Shown here one piece after another: positions 20,406 to 28,596 of a stretch of DNA of 64,000 bases. The notes below the pieces were generated by a model. That model was given only the letters and a program-made list of their open reading frames with translations. It made no database searches and was not told the DNA's origin. A program made the position numbers and the translations under genes. The stretch spans positions 92,864-156,863 of the forward strand of contig CACHRR010000002.1 in assembly GCA_902582355.1 (NCBI GenBank), read 5' to 3'. Source of the stretch: an uncultured SAR86 cluster bacterium (GTDB taxonomy: Bacteria; Pseudomonadota; Gammaproteobacteria; Magnimaribacterales; D2472). Within the stretch, counting starts at the first letter, position 1. Each line of letters opens with the position of its first letter.

Positions 20406-20667
20406 AAAAATATATTGTAAAAAATTGAATAAGGATTTACCTGCTTTGGTGGTTCCACCTATGCCAGGACCTAAAGGTATTGAAATCATGAATTCCATTT
20501 CAGAAGAGGCATGGGAAATGTGGAAATCTCATCAAACTACTCTAATAAATGAGAAGCATTTAGATATGTCTGATCCTGAAAATAGGAACTGGTTGCAAGG
20601 GCAAATGGATAAATTTTTTAATAATGAAAATTATGAAATAGCTGCTGGATTTAAAGAGCTAGATTAA
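20398..20667 (+). CDS. yggX: Fe(2+)-trafficking protein YggX
   Basis: 89 aa. The N-terminus IYCKKLNKDLPAL..PPMPGPKG and the mutY-yggX order are as in E. coli. Confidence 0.8.
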   Translation: MSKKIYCKKLNKDLPALVVPPMPGPKGIEIMNSISEEAWEMWKSHQTTLINEKHLDMSDPENRNWLQGQMDKFFNNENYEIAAGFKELD

Positions 20668-20758
20668 TTTTTGTTTTATAAAAAACATAAAAGATTTTTG
20701 ATTTACAAAGTAAATAAAATAGAGTTTAATTTTCTAAGTAGAGCTAGAGACAATTTCT

Positions 20759-23362
20759 ATGAGCGATAATTCTAATTCAAAATTTCCTTCCAATGCCGAT
20801 ATTGTTATTGTAGGTGTAGGAGGAATCGTTGGATCAATGTTAGCCTATTGGCTGGCGGAGCTAGGTCAAAAAAATATTATCGGACTTGAAAAATCTACTA
20901 TTATTCCTTCAGATATAGCATCTACGGCTCATGCATCTGATTTTGTATATAACACAACACATGACAAGCTAGGTTGCTGGACCACTGGTTTTAGCAGAAG
21001 ATTTTATGAAGATAATGGTTTTTTCTTAAAAAAAGGTGGGCTAGAAATATGTCGAAAAGATGATGATGAAAGATGGGAGGAGCTTAAAAGAAAAGTTGCG
21101 TCTGGAAAGGCATTTGGTACAAATGTTAAATTAATATCTGCATCTGAGGCAGTTGAAAAATTTCCTTTGCTTGAAGAAGGATCTTTACGAGGTGCTATGT
21201 GGGATCCCGATGCAGGGCTTGTGGTTCCTCGATCGCAAGAAGTCGTCAATTTTGCTGTGGAAAGTGCAAAAGAAAAAGGATCACTTAAAACTTTTACTAA
21301 TACTCCAGCTACTGGATTCGAAACTAAAGATGGAAGAATTGTAGCCGTAAAAACTGAAAAAGGAACGATTAGAACTAATAAAGTCGTTATAGCTTCAGGG
21401 ATTTGGGGACCTTTAATGGGTGATATGGCGGGTGTTCGTGTTCCATTAATGCCCCTAGAACATCCACTTTTATTTTTTGGACCATATGAAGATATCCAAG
21501 AAACTGAAGAAATGCTTGTTTATCCTCTACTGAGAGATCAAGGTAATTCTGCTTATGTTAGAGATACTGGAAAATTTCATGGTGGTATGCTCGAATGGGG
21601 TTTTTATGAAGATAAAAATCCTAGGTTAGTTGATCCTGAAGATATTGGAAATCCAGATAAAACCATGTTATCTGATTCAATGAGATATCTAGAACTTGAA
21701 GAAATTGCAGAGCCTTTAGAGAAGGCTTTTGAGACAACACCAATTCTTGGTGAATTAGGTTGGGATGAAAAAAGTTCATTTAATGGACTTTTATCTGTAA
21801 CAGCTGATGCAGGATCTTTAATCGGCGAAAGTCCGGAAGTCAGAGGTTTTTGGTTATGTGAAGCTGTATGGGTCAAAGATGGACCAGGCTGTGCAAGACT
21901 GTGCGCTGAGGCAATGGTTAATGGTAAAACTCAAGTGGATATGCACTCTTTTGATATATCAAGATTTTATCCGCATCAAAAAGAAAAAGATTTTGTAAAG
22001 ACAAGAGCATATGAAAATTCTCAAACTATTTATACTCCTGCTGTCCATCCTAGAGAACCATACATATCACAAAGAGAAATGTTTGTAAGCCCCTTCTACG
22101 AAAGAGAAAAGGAACTTGGAGGATACTTCGAAAATGAGGTGGCTGGATGGGAAAGAGCTTTAGCTTATAAAAGCAATAAAGAGAAACTTAATAATTACCT
22201 GAAAAAGGTCCCTATAAGAGAAAATGAATGGGATACTCGTCATGTACCCTATGATGTTGCTAATGCTGAACACCTTGCTATGAGTAACTCTGTTGGCATG
22301 ATAAATTTGTCTCACTTTCCTGTCATGGATATTAAAGGTCCAGATGCTGAACGTATGTTGGAATACTTATCAGTAGCTAAGATTGGCGGTAATACGCCTG
22401 AGGGAAAGGTAATTTATACAAACTTCTTAGATGAAGATGGTGGGGTTCATGCAGATCTTACAATTTCACGTTTAGGTTCTGATAGTTACAGAGTCGTAAC
22501 AGGTGGTGCTGACGGAAATCGTGATTGGGTTACATTAAGAAATTATAGAGATGATAATGGATTAAATGCAGATATAAATATTAGAACTCACGATATTGCA
22601 ACTATTGGATTATGGGGACCAAAAGCTGCAAATGCACTAGGAAATTTTATAGATCCTAATGATATTGATATTAAGAATTTTCCATTCGTAACTGCTAAGA
22701 ACTTAACTCTTAACTTGTCAGGTGAAAAAAAAGTAGACGTCTGGGCAGCTAGAATCTCGTATGTTGGTGAAAGCGGATGGGAGATATATTTTAATAACGA
22801 CAAAGATGATGGTTTGGCTTTGTATGATTCATTGCTTGAAGTCGGGGTAATTCCAGTTGGTATAGAGACATATGCTAATAGTAGACGTCTAGAAAAATGT
22901 TTTCGACTTCAAGGTGCTGATCTAGAAACAGAATATAATGCTATTGAGGCAGCAATTCAAAGACCTCTAGTAAAGGAGGCTGATTTTCATGGTAAGTTTG
23001 CTCATCTGGCTCATAGAAAAGAAGACCCTTGTGCCATTTTGTGTACAATGACTTTAGATGATCTTAATGTGTCTGGAAAAACTAGATATCCCGTTGGCAT
23101 CTCACCAATTATTGATCCTGCTACAGGTGAAGTTCCTATAGATAGCAAAGGAAGAAGGTCATACACAACTGGCATGTCTTATTGTCCATCTATTAAAAAA
23201 TTTGTAGTCATGGGTTATCTTCCTAAACAAATTGCTTTCAAAGGAAAGTCACTACTTATCGAATACTTTAATGAAGATGGTGATGGTTTATATCCTATGA
23301 CTGTTCAAATAGTTGGTAAGGGATCTCTTTACGATCCAAAAAATGAAAGGGTTCGTTCCTAA
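20759..23362 (+). CDS. FAD-dependent dimethylglycine/sarcosine dehydrogenase-family oxidoreductase with GcvT-like C-terminal domain
   Basis: 867 aa with an N-terminal GxGxxG (VGVGGIVGS) DAO-type domain and a C-terminal aminomethyltransferase fold (RISYVGESGWEIY). Confidence 0.75.
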   Translation: MSDNSNSKFPSNADIVIVGVGGIVGSMLAYWLAELGQKNIIGLEKSTIIPSDIASTAHASDFVYNTTHDKLGCWTTGFSRRFYEDNGFFLKKGGLEICRKDDDERWEELKRKVASGKAFGTNVKLISASEAVEKFPLLEEGSLRGAMWDPDAGLVVPRSQEVVNFAVESAKEKGSLKTFTNTPATGFETKDGRIVAVKTEKGTIRTNKVVIASGIWGPLMGDMAGVRVPLMPLEHPLLFFGPYEDIQETEEMLVYPLLRDQGNSAYVRDTGKFHGGMLEWGFYEDKNPRLVDPEDIGNPDKTMLSDSMRYLELEEIAEPLEKAFETTPILGELGWDEKSSFNGLLSVTADAGSLIGESPEVRGFWLCEAVWVKDGPGCARLCAEAMVNGKTQVDMHSFDISRFYPHQKEKDFVKTRAYENSQTIYTPAVHPREPYISQREMFVSPFYEREKELGGYFENEVAGWERALAYKSNKEKLNNYLKKVPIRENEWDTRHVPYDVANAEHLAMSNSVGMINLSHFPVMDIKGPDAERMLEYLSVAKIGGNTPEGKVIYTNFLDEDGGVHADLTISRLGSDSYRVVTGGADGNRDWVTLRNYRDDNGLNADINIRTHDIATIGLWGPKAANALGNFIDPNDIDIKNFPFVTAKNLTLNLSGEKKVDVWAARISYVGESGWEIYFNNDKDDGLALYDSLLEVGVIPVGIETYANSRRLEKCFRLQGADLETEYNAIEAAIQRPLVKEADFHGKFAHLAHRKEDPCAILCTMTLDDLNVSGKTRYPVGISPIIDPATGEVPIDSKGRRSYTTGMSYCPSIKKFVVMGYLPKQIAFKGKSLLIEYFNEDGDGLYPMTVQIVGKGSLYDPKNERVRS

Positions 23363-23375
23363 ATAATTAGACTTA

Positions 23376-23404
23376 ATGACAATGAATGTAAACTTGCCTA
23401 TAAT
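23376..23404 (+). promoter_or_regulatory. Sigma-70-type promoter for tRNA-Phe
   Basis: -35 ATGACA (23376-23381), a 17-nt spacer and a perfect -10 TATAAT (23399-23404). The tRNA 5' end lies 17 nt downstream. Confidence 0.45.
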
Positions 23405-23420
23405 CCAAAGTTCATTTTAA

Positions 23421-23496
23421 GCCCAGATAGCTCAGTTGGTAGAGCAAAGGACTGAAAATCCTTGTGTCGGTGGTTCGATCCCACCTCTGGGCACCA
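23421..23496 (+). tRNA. tRNA-Phe (anticodon GAA)
   Basis: GCCCAGATAGCTCAGTTGGTAGAGCAAAGGACTGAAAATCCTTGTGTCGGTGGTTCGATCCCACCTCTGGGCACCA. It has a cloverleaf with a CT-GAA-AA anticodon loop, a GGTTCGATCC T-arm and an encoded CCA. Confidence 0.95.
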
Positions 23497-23558
23497 TTTA
23501 ATCTTTTTAACTCATAAAATAACTTTACTTTGTTAATAAAATAAATATATATTGAATT

Positions 23559-24512
23559 ATGACAAGGATGTTAACTCTTTTTCAAGATATTGAACCCTAC
23601 TCTTTCGGTTATTTAGAATGTGATGAACATGAGATTTACTATGAAGAATGTGGAAATCCAAATGGTAAACCTGCTGTATTTCTGCATGGTGGGCCTGGTG
23701 GAGGAGGCAGCAAAAAAGTTAGAGGATTTTTTAATCCGAAATTATATCGAATTGTAATATTCGATCAAAGGGGATGTGGAAGAAGTAAGCCACATGGCTG
23801 TCTTAATAATAATACTACTTGGGATCTAGTAGAAGATATTGAAAAGCTAAAAAATAAACTCAATATCAAAAAATGGTTGGTTTTTGGTGGATCATGGGGC
23901 AGTACACTCTCTTTAGCTTATGCTCAAACGTATCCTGATTCAGTATCAGAATTAATTCTAAGAGGTATTTTTATGCTCAGAAAAAAAGAACTCGATTGGT
24001 TTTATCAAGATGGAGCTAGTAGAGTATTTCCAGAAGCATGGGAAGGATTTTTAAAACCAATAAGTGAAAAAAATCATGATAATCTTATGGATGCATACTA
24101 TAGAATTTTTAAAAGTAATGATGACAAAGCAAAGATGGAAGCGGCAATTGCATGGTCAAGATGGGAGGGTTCTGTCAGTACTCTAAGTCATAAACCTGAA
24201 ATGATAACGTCATATTCTGAGTCAAAATTTGCTCTTGCATTTGCTCTTATTGAAAATCACTACTTTATTAATAAAGGTTTTCTTCAAAATGAAAATCAAT
24301 TAATCGAAACTAAATCTATTGATAAAATTAGACATATACCAGCAAAAATAATTCAAGGCAGATATGATATTGTTTGCCCAATGGAAACTGCATGGGAATT
24401 ATCAAAAAACTGGCCAGAATCTGAATTAATCGTTGCCTCCCACTCTGGTCATAGCGCATTTGAAGAGGAAATAACTCACGAGCTAATAAAAGCAACTCAG
24501 GAGTTTGCATAA
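23559..24512 (+). CDS. pip: Proline iminopeptidase
   Basis: 317 aa alpha/beta hydrolase with HGGPGGG, nucleophile GGSWGSTL and a C-terminal SGHSA. Confidence 0.85.
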   Translation: MTRMLTLFQDIEPYSFGYLECDEHEIYYEECGNPNGKPAVFLHGGPGGGGSKKVRGFFNPKLYRIVIFDQRGCGRSKPHGCLNNNTTWDLVEDIEKLKNKLNIKKWLVFGGSWGSTLSLAYAQTYPDSVSELILRGIFMLRKKELDWFYQDGASRVFPEAWEGFLKPISEKNHDNLMDAYYRIFKSNDDKAKMEAAIAWSRWEGSVSTLSHKPEMITSYSESKFALAFALIENHYFINKGFLQNENQLIETKSIDKIRHIPAKIIQGRYDIVCPMETAWELSKNWPESELIVASHSGHSAFEEEITHELIKATQEFA

Positions 24513-24513
24513 A

Positions 24514-25011
24514 ATGAATAACATAAGTTTTATAGGTATGGCAGGTTGTGGTAAATCAACTATTGGGGAGGCGGTTTCAACAAAACTTGGTATCAGTTTT
24601 GTAGATACAGACTTACTTATCGAAGAAAAACATAATTTATCCTTGGAAGAAATTAAAAATAAATATGATTATAAATTTCTTAGAACTGAAGAAGAAAATA
24701 TCATACTGAACTTAAACTCATCCACTCAAATTATTTCCACTGGAGGAAGCGCAGTTTATTCAAATAATTCAATGCAACACCTAAAAAAATTTTCTTCAGT
24801 AATATATATTGATACTCCACTTGAGATAATTATCAAGAGAATTGATATTGGCCAAGAAAGAGGCCTTGCAGTTCCAAAAGATATGTCAGTTGCTGAGGTT
24901 TATTATGAAAGAGAGCCTTTGTATCGAAAGCATTCTGATTTTATATTAAATGGATCAAAAAGCATTGATGAGCTTTTCAATGACGTTAAAAAAATATTTC
25001 TAAATGAATAA
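24514..25011 (+). CDS. aroK: Shikimate kinase-family P-loop kinase
   Basis: The ATG at 24514 gives MNNISFIGMAGCGKSTIG. DTD, FLRTEE, STGGS and EREPLYRK align with AroK landmarks, but the RPLL lid is replaced by RGLAV. The track TTG start at 24505 is less likely. Confidence 0.55.
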   Translation: MNNISFIGMAGCGKSTIGEAVSTKLGISFVDTDLLIEEKHNLSLEEIKNKYDYKFLRTEEENIILNLNSSTQIISTGGSAVYSNNSMQHLKKFSSVIYIDTPLEIIIKRIDIGQERGLAVPKDMSVAEVYYEREPLYRKHSDFILNGSKSIDELFNDVKKIFLNE

Positions 25012-25675
25012 AAATATATTAGTCGTTGGTGCTTCAGGATTGGTTGGCAGTCAGATATTTAAGAATTTAAAAAAAGATAATAACTGCTTAGTTTTATTAG
25101 GAAGAAAAAGGCTGTCATCTGAAAATAATACTGAACAAATAATCTCAGATTTTGACAATTTAGAGAATCTTGAAAATAATTTTCAAATTGATGAAGTATA
25201 TGTTGCCATTGGCCATAAACTAAACCTTTCAGAGCTAATCTATATAAAAAAAATAAATAGAGATGATTTCGTGAGGGTAGATCTAAAATATATAAAGAAA
25301 GTAGCTGAGTTTGCAAAAAGATTTGGAGCTAAGTCAATTGGTTTAATATCAGCAATAGGAGCAAATGCAAATTCAATTAATACATATTTGAAAGTCAAAG
25401 GTAAAATTGAGGAAGAGATCAAGTTAATGAATTTTGAAAAAATTGTTATTGCCCGTCCAAGTCATTTACTAGGTAAGCGTCCAAAAGATGAAACTCAAGT
25501 AATAGTAAAATTATTTGAAAAGATAACTAATTTTTTTGGATTTATCATGATTGGCCCTTTGCAAAAATTCAAAAATGTTGAAGCTTCGAAAGTGGCTAAA
25601 GCAATCATTGCAAAAATGAATTCAAGTGAAAAAGGCTTACATATTCTAGACTTTAAAAATTTTAGAAATTTTTAA
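25004..25675 (+). CDS. NAD(P)H-binding atypical SDR-like protein
   Basis: 223 aa with an N-terminal ILVVGASGLVGS Rossmann motif. It overlaps the upstream kinase by 8 nt. Confidence 0.55.
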   Translation: MNKNILVVGASGLVGSQIFKNLKKDNNCLVLLGRKRLSSENNTEQIISDFDNLENLENNFQIDEVYVAIGHKLNLSELIYIKKINRDDFVRVDLKYIKKVAEFAKRFGAKSIGLISAIGANANSINTYLKVKGKIEEEIKLMNFEKIVIARPSHLLGKRPKDETQVIVKLFEKITNFFGFIMIGPLQKFKNVEASKVAKAIIAKMNSSEKGLHILDFKNFRNF

Positions 25676-25686
25676 TTTTTTTGTAT

Positions 25687-25917
25687 TCATATTATTTTTT
25701 TTACTCCCTTGCATGCATTTAGTAGCCAAAATATATTAGCAAAAACAAAATAATACAAACCAAGATATAGCTGAACAATTATTGCAAAAAAACTGCCAAT
25801 AATAATAGCAATTAGTCCTAAGATCCTCTTTTTTTCTTATTTAGAAACAATAAGGGGCGCAGCTATCAAAGTACCGAAAAAGACGCTCAATATTTGGATA
25901 ATTTCTAGCATACTCAT
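25687..25917 (-). pseudogene. Small two-helix membrane reading frame interrupted by one in-frame TAA
   Basis: Manual codon-by-codon translation gives MSMLEIIQILSVFFGTLIACAPYCF-TAA(25842-25840)-IRKKEDLRTNCYYIGSFFAIIVQLYLGLYYFVFANIFWLLNACKGVKKII-TGA. The second half has no ATG/GTG start. Confidence 0.3.
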
Positions 25918-25977
25918 ACTAATAAGCATTGAGATAATATTTATTAGTATGAATATTGGCGTGCATTATGAATACTT

Positions 25978-26004
25978 AAAAAAAAATGTAAATACTTTTT
26001 TTTT
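25978..26004. repeat. Perfect A9-N9-T9 inverted repeat
   Basis: AAAAAAAAA-tgtaaatac-TTTTTTTTT, read directly from the sequence. It lies 58 nt upstream of the 26062 ATG. Confidence refers to its existence, not to any function. Confidence 0.8.
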
Positions 26005-26041
26005 GAACTTTTTAATAAAAAATGTAATCTAAAGAATGTAA
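25985..26041 (+). repeat. Three direct copies of AATGTAA upstream of the 26062 gene
   Basis: Copies lie at 25985-25991, 26021-26027 and 26035-26041. TATGAATA also occurs twice (25948-25955, 25967-25974). The AT-rich background makes significance uncertain. Confidence 0.5.
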
Positions 26042-26061
26042 TAAAAAATTATGGAGTAATT

Positions 26062-26436
26062 ATGAAAATTTTAGTCTTAATAATAGCTACTTGTTTTTCT
26101 TTAAATGCTATAACTGATGGCCACATGGACTCAAAAAAACATAAAAAGGAAAAATTTATGGATAATCCAAACTATCTAATGAGTTTTAAAGAATGTAACG
26201 AAACAAAAGAAGGCATTGCAGGATTACTAGCATTAAATGAATCCATTTGGAAAGACATTGAAGCAAATCCTGAGAATGAAGATAAGTGGATTGAAGTAAG
26301 TCTAATTGGAGATTTAGCAGCGAATTATTCAACAATTTATGATGTTTTTTGCAAAGACATGATAAACCATAGAATGAAACTGAGAATGATGGCTGATAAA
26401 AAGAAGAAAAAAGAAAAGAAAAATAATAATAATTAA
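26062..26436 (+). CDS. Secreted hypothetical protein with poly-Lys/Asn tail
   Basis: 124 aa with SD GGAG 7 nt upstream, an N-terminal signal-like MKILVLIIATCFSLNA, two Cys and a C-terminal KKKKKEKKNNNN. No family recognised. Confidence 0.5.
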   Translation: MKILVLIIATCFSLNAITDGHMDSKKHKKEKFMDNPNYLMSFKECNETKEGIAGLLALNESIWKDIEANPENEDKWIEVSLIGDLAANYSTIYDVFCKDMINHRMKLRMMADKKKKKEKKNNNN

Positions 26437-26663
26437 AATTTTCCCCTTTGGAATCTCATTCTAATTATGTAGACACGAATAAAGGCAACTATAGTTATTA
26501 TTAGCTGAACAAAAATTGAAATTCTAAGAGGGTCAGACCACTGCCAATTATCTATAGTTAGCCATAAAAGAAATGTTTGTAGGGGGAAATTAATAATTAA
26601 GCCCATAAAAACTATTATCATTGCTTCTCTTAATGCTATTTTTTCTGTTTTATTCATTATCAT
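26433..26663 (-). CDS. Small two-TM membrane protein, unknown family
   Basis: 76 aa with two hydrophobic helices flanking WQWSDP and a basic C-terminus. Its start overlaps the ybjQ 3' end, suggesting co-translation. Confidence 0.45.
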   Translation of the reverse strand: MIMNKTEKIALREAMIIVFMGLIINFPLQTFLLWLTIDNWQWSDPLRISIFVQLIITIVAFIRVYIIRMRFQRGKF

Positions 26664-26991
26664 CCTTTTTAATTGTTACTGCGGTCCCATATGCTAGTAT
26701 TTCAGCTGCACCCTCAGCCACAGTTGATGTTTGAAATCTAAATCCTATTATGGCATCCGCTCCTTTTGATTTAGCATTATCTATCATCCTTGAGTAAGCT
26801 TGCTCTCTTGAGCTTTCAAGAAGTTTAGAGTATCCCACTAACTCACCGCCAATAATATTTTTTAGACGTGCAAAAAAGTCTGATCCAATGTTTCTTGATC
26901 TAACAGTACTGCCATGAACAAGACCAATATGAGCTTCAATTTGTTTTAATCCAATATCATTTGTAGTAACGACTATAAAATTCTCATTCAT
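26650..26991 (-). CDS. ybjQ: YbjQ/UPF0145-family protein
   Basis: The internal ATG at 26991 is preceded by AAGGAA and gives MNENFIVVTTNDI... IIGGELVGY and GADAIIGFRF match E. coli YbjQ landmarks. Confidence 0.75.
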   Translation of the reverse strand: MNENFIVVTTNDIGLKQIEAHIGLVHGSTVRSRNIGSDFFARLKNIIGGELVGYSKLLESSREQAYSRMIDNAKSKGADAIIGFRFQTSTVAEGAAEILAYGTAVTIKKDDNE

Positions 26992-27027
26992 GTAATTTTC
27001 CTTATAATGGTTTAAATTATAAATATA

Positions 27028-27360
27028 ATGCAAGAGTTAATAGAAACAAAGTTTTCAATTGGAAATGTTGTGAAGCATAAGTTTTTAAATTTTAGAGGAG
27101 TTATCTTTGATGTAGATCCTTCTTTCAATAATACTGAAGAATGGTACAACTCTATTCCAAAGAATTTTAGGCCTCGAAAAGATCAACCTTTTTATCATAT
27201 TTTTGCTGAAAATGAAGAAATATTTTACATAGCATATGTATCTGAGCAAAACTTGATAAATGATTTAATGAATGGTCCTGCAAATCATCCTGATGTGAAA
27301 AAAATCTTCTCGCACTTTGATGGTAAATGTCATATTCCACATAGTGTTACAACTAACTAA
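27028..27360 (+). CDS. hspQ: Heat-shock protein HspQ (YccV family)
   Basis: 110 aa. KFSIGNVVKHKFLNFRGVIFDVDP parallels the E. coli HspQ N-terminus [24 protein letters not shown]. Confidence 0.75.
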   Translation: MQELIETKFSIGNVVKHKFLNFRGVIFDVDPSFNNTEEWYNSIPKNFRPRKDQPFYHIFAENEEIFYIAYVSEQNLINDLMNGPANHPDVKKIFSHFDGKCHIPHSVTTN

Positions 27361-28568
27361 ATACTTATATCAAAGTGAGCCAATTCAACACAAGTAATAA
27401 ATGCCTCCATTGCGTCCGTTAATTCCTTTTCAGAAACGAATGTTGGAGCTATTCTTATTATGCTGTTGTTGGGATCATTTCCATTAGGAAAAGTTGAACC
27501 TGCTGGAGTTATTAGCACTCCTATTTCTTCGCATAAACTAACTACCTTTGATGCAATTGGTTTAGAGGTTGAAAAAGCAATAAAATAACCTCCTGTCGGT
27601 TTTGAAAAAGTACCACACTCATCTGGTAGTTTTTCTAAAACAGAATATGCTAATTCGAATTTAGGCTTAATTAAGTTTGCATGTTCATTCATATGAGATT
27701 TTATTGTCTTTAAATCTTTAAAAAATTCAACATGTCGCATTTGATTCAATTTATCAGGACAAATAATCATTGTTGACCTTATTTTTTTTAAAAGTTCAAG
27801 ATATTCACCTGACGAAGCTAAAAATGAAATCCCTCCTCCTCCAAAAGTAACTTTTGAAAAAGAAGTTGTAATAACGGTTTGGTCTTGAACTTTAGATGAC
27901 TCAGCTATTTCCCATAAAGGAGTTTGTTTAATTGTCGGAAGAAAATCATGTATCAAGTATGCGTGATCGAATAAGAATAAAAATTTATTAGAAAAATTTG
28001 ACCCTATTTCAAACATTTTTTTAATATTCTCATCAGAATATGTTGTTCCAGAAGGGTTAGAATGTCTTGGAACACATAAAATTCCTAGATAATCATCTCC
28101 GTTATTTATGATTTCTTCAAATTGCTGTATATCAACTCCATCTTCAATAAGTGAAATTGGGACAGCTTCAATTCCAAAGTCTTCAAGTAATTTAAAATGT
28201 CTGTCAAATCCAGGAACTGGACAAATAAACTTTGGTTTTTTTAAGCTTTTCCATGCTAATGGTTCTGCAAATAGATAGTTGGAAAGAATAGTTTGATAAG
28301 TTAAAAGTAAGCTTGATTGTTCGCCAGCAATTACGTTTTCAAATGGCGCATTAAGCAATTCAGAGCCAAGTCTTCTGGCTTCAATAATACCAAATGGTTC
28401 TCCGTAATTCCTTAAATCAATTCCGTTTTCAGATACCAGTGGTATAGATAAATCTAATAGCTTGTTTGAAAGATCAAGTTGATTTGTATCAGGCTTTCCC
28501 CTAGTAATATCAATTGATAATTGCTTTTCTTTTAGTGAATTAAATCTTGCTATAATTTCCTGATGCAT
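27357..28568 (-). CDS. PLP-dependent aminotransferase (fold type I)
   Basis: 403 aa with TRGKPDTNQLDLS near the N-terminus, NPSG, and SFSK with the Schiff-base Lys. It resembles the PF12897 aspartate-aminotransferase-like group from memory. Confidence 0.75.
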   Translation of the reverse strand: MHQEIIARFNSLKEKQLSIDITRGKPDTNQLDLSNKLLDLSIPLVSENGIDLRNYGEPFGIIEARRLGSELLNAPFENVIAGEQSSLLLTYQTILSNYLFAEPLAWKSLKKPKFICPVPGFDRHFKLLEDFGIEAVPISLIEDGVDIQQFEEIINNGDDYLGILCVPRHSNPSGTTYSDENIKKMFEIGSNFSNKFLFLFDHAYLIHDFLPTIKQTPLWEIAESSKVQDQTVITTSFSKVTFGGGGISFLASSGEYLELLKKIRSTMIICPDKLNQMRHVEFFKDLKTIKSHMNEHANLIKPKFELAYSVLEKLPDECGTFSKPTGGYFIAFSTSKPIASKVVSLCEEIGVLITPAGSTFPNGNDPNNSIIRIAPTFVSEKELTDAMEAFITCVELAHFDISI

Positions 28569-28596
28569 AATATAAAAGACATTTTATACTAACATT

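Noticed and set aside
20668-20758. Possible glycine riboswitch ahead of the DMGDH/GcvT-domain gene.
   Set aside because: The spacer is almost pure A/T and lacks the conserved GGAGAG / CACCG-type cores. At 91 nt it is too short for a tandem aptamer.
25646-25838. A +1-shifted minus-strand frame in the gap that I first read as one long hydrophobic ORF reaching into the SDR-like gene.
   Set aside because: This was my own transcription error. Codon-by-codon re-reading shows that frame stops early. The hydrophobic frame is the ATG-25917 frame with one internal TAA.
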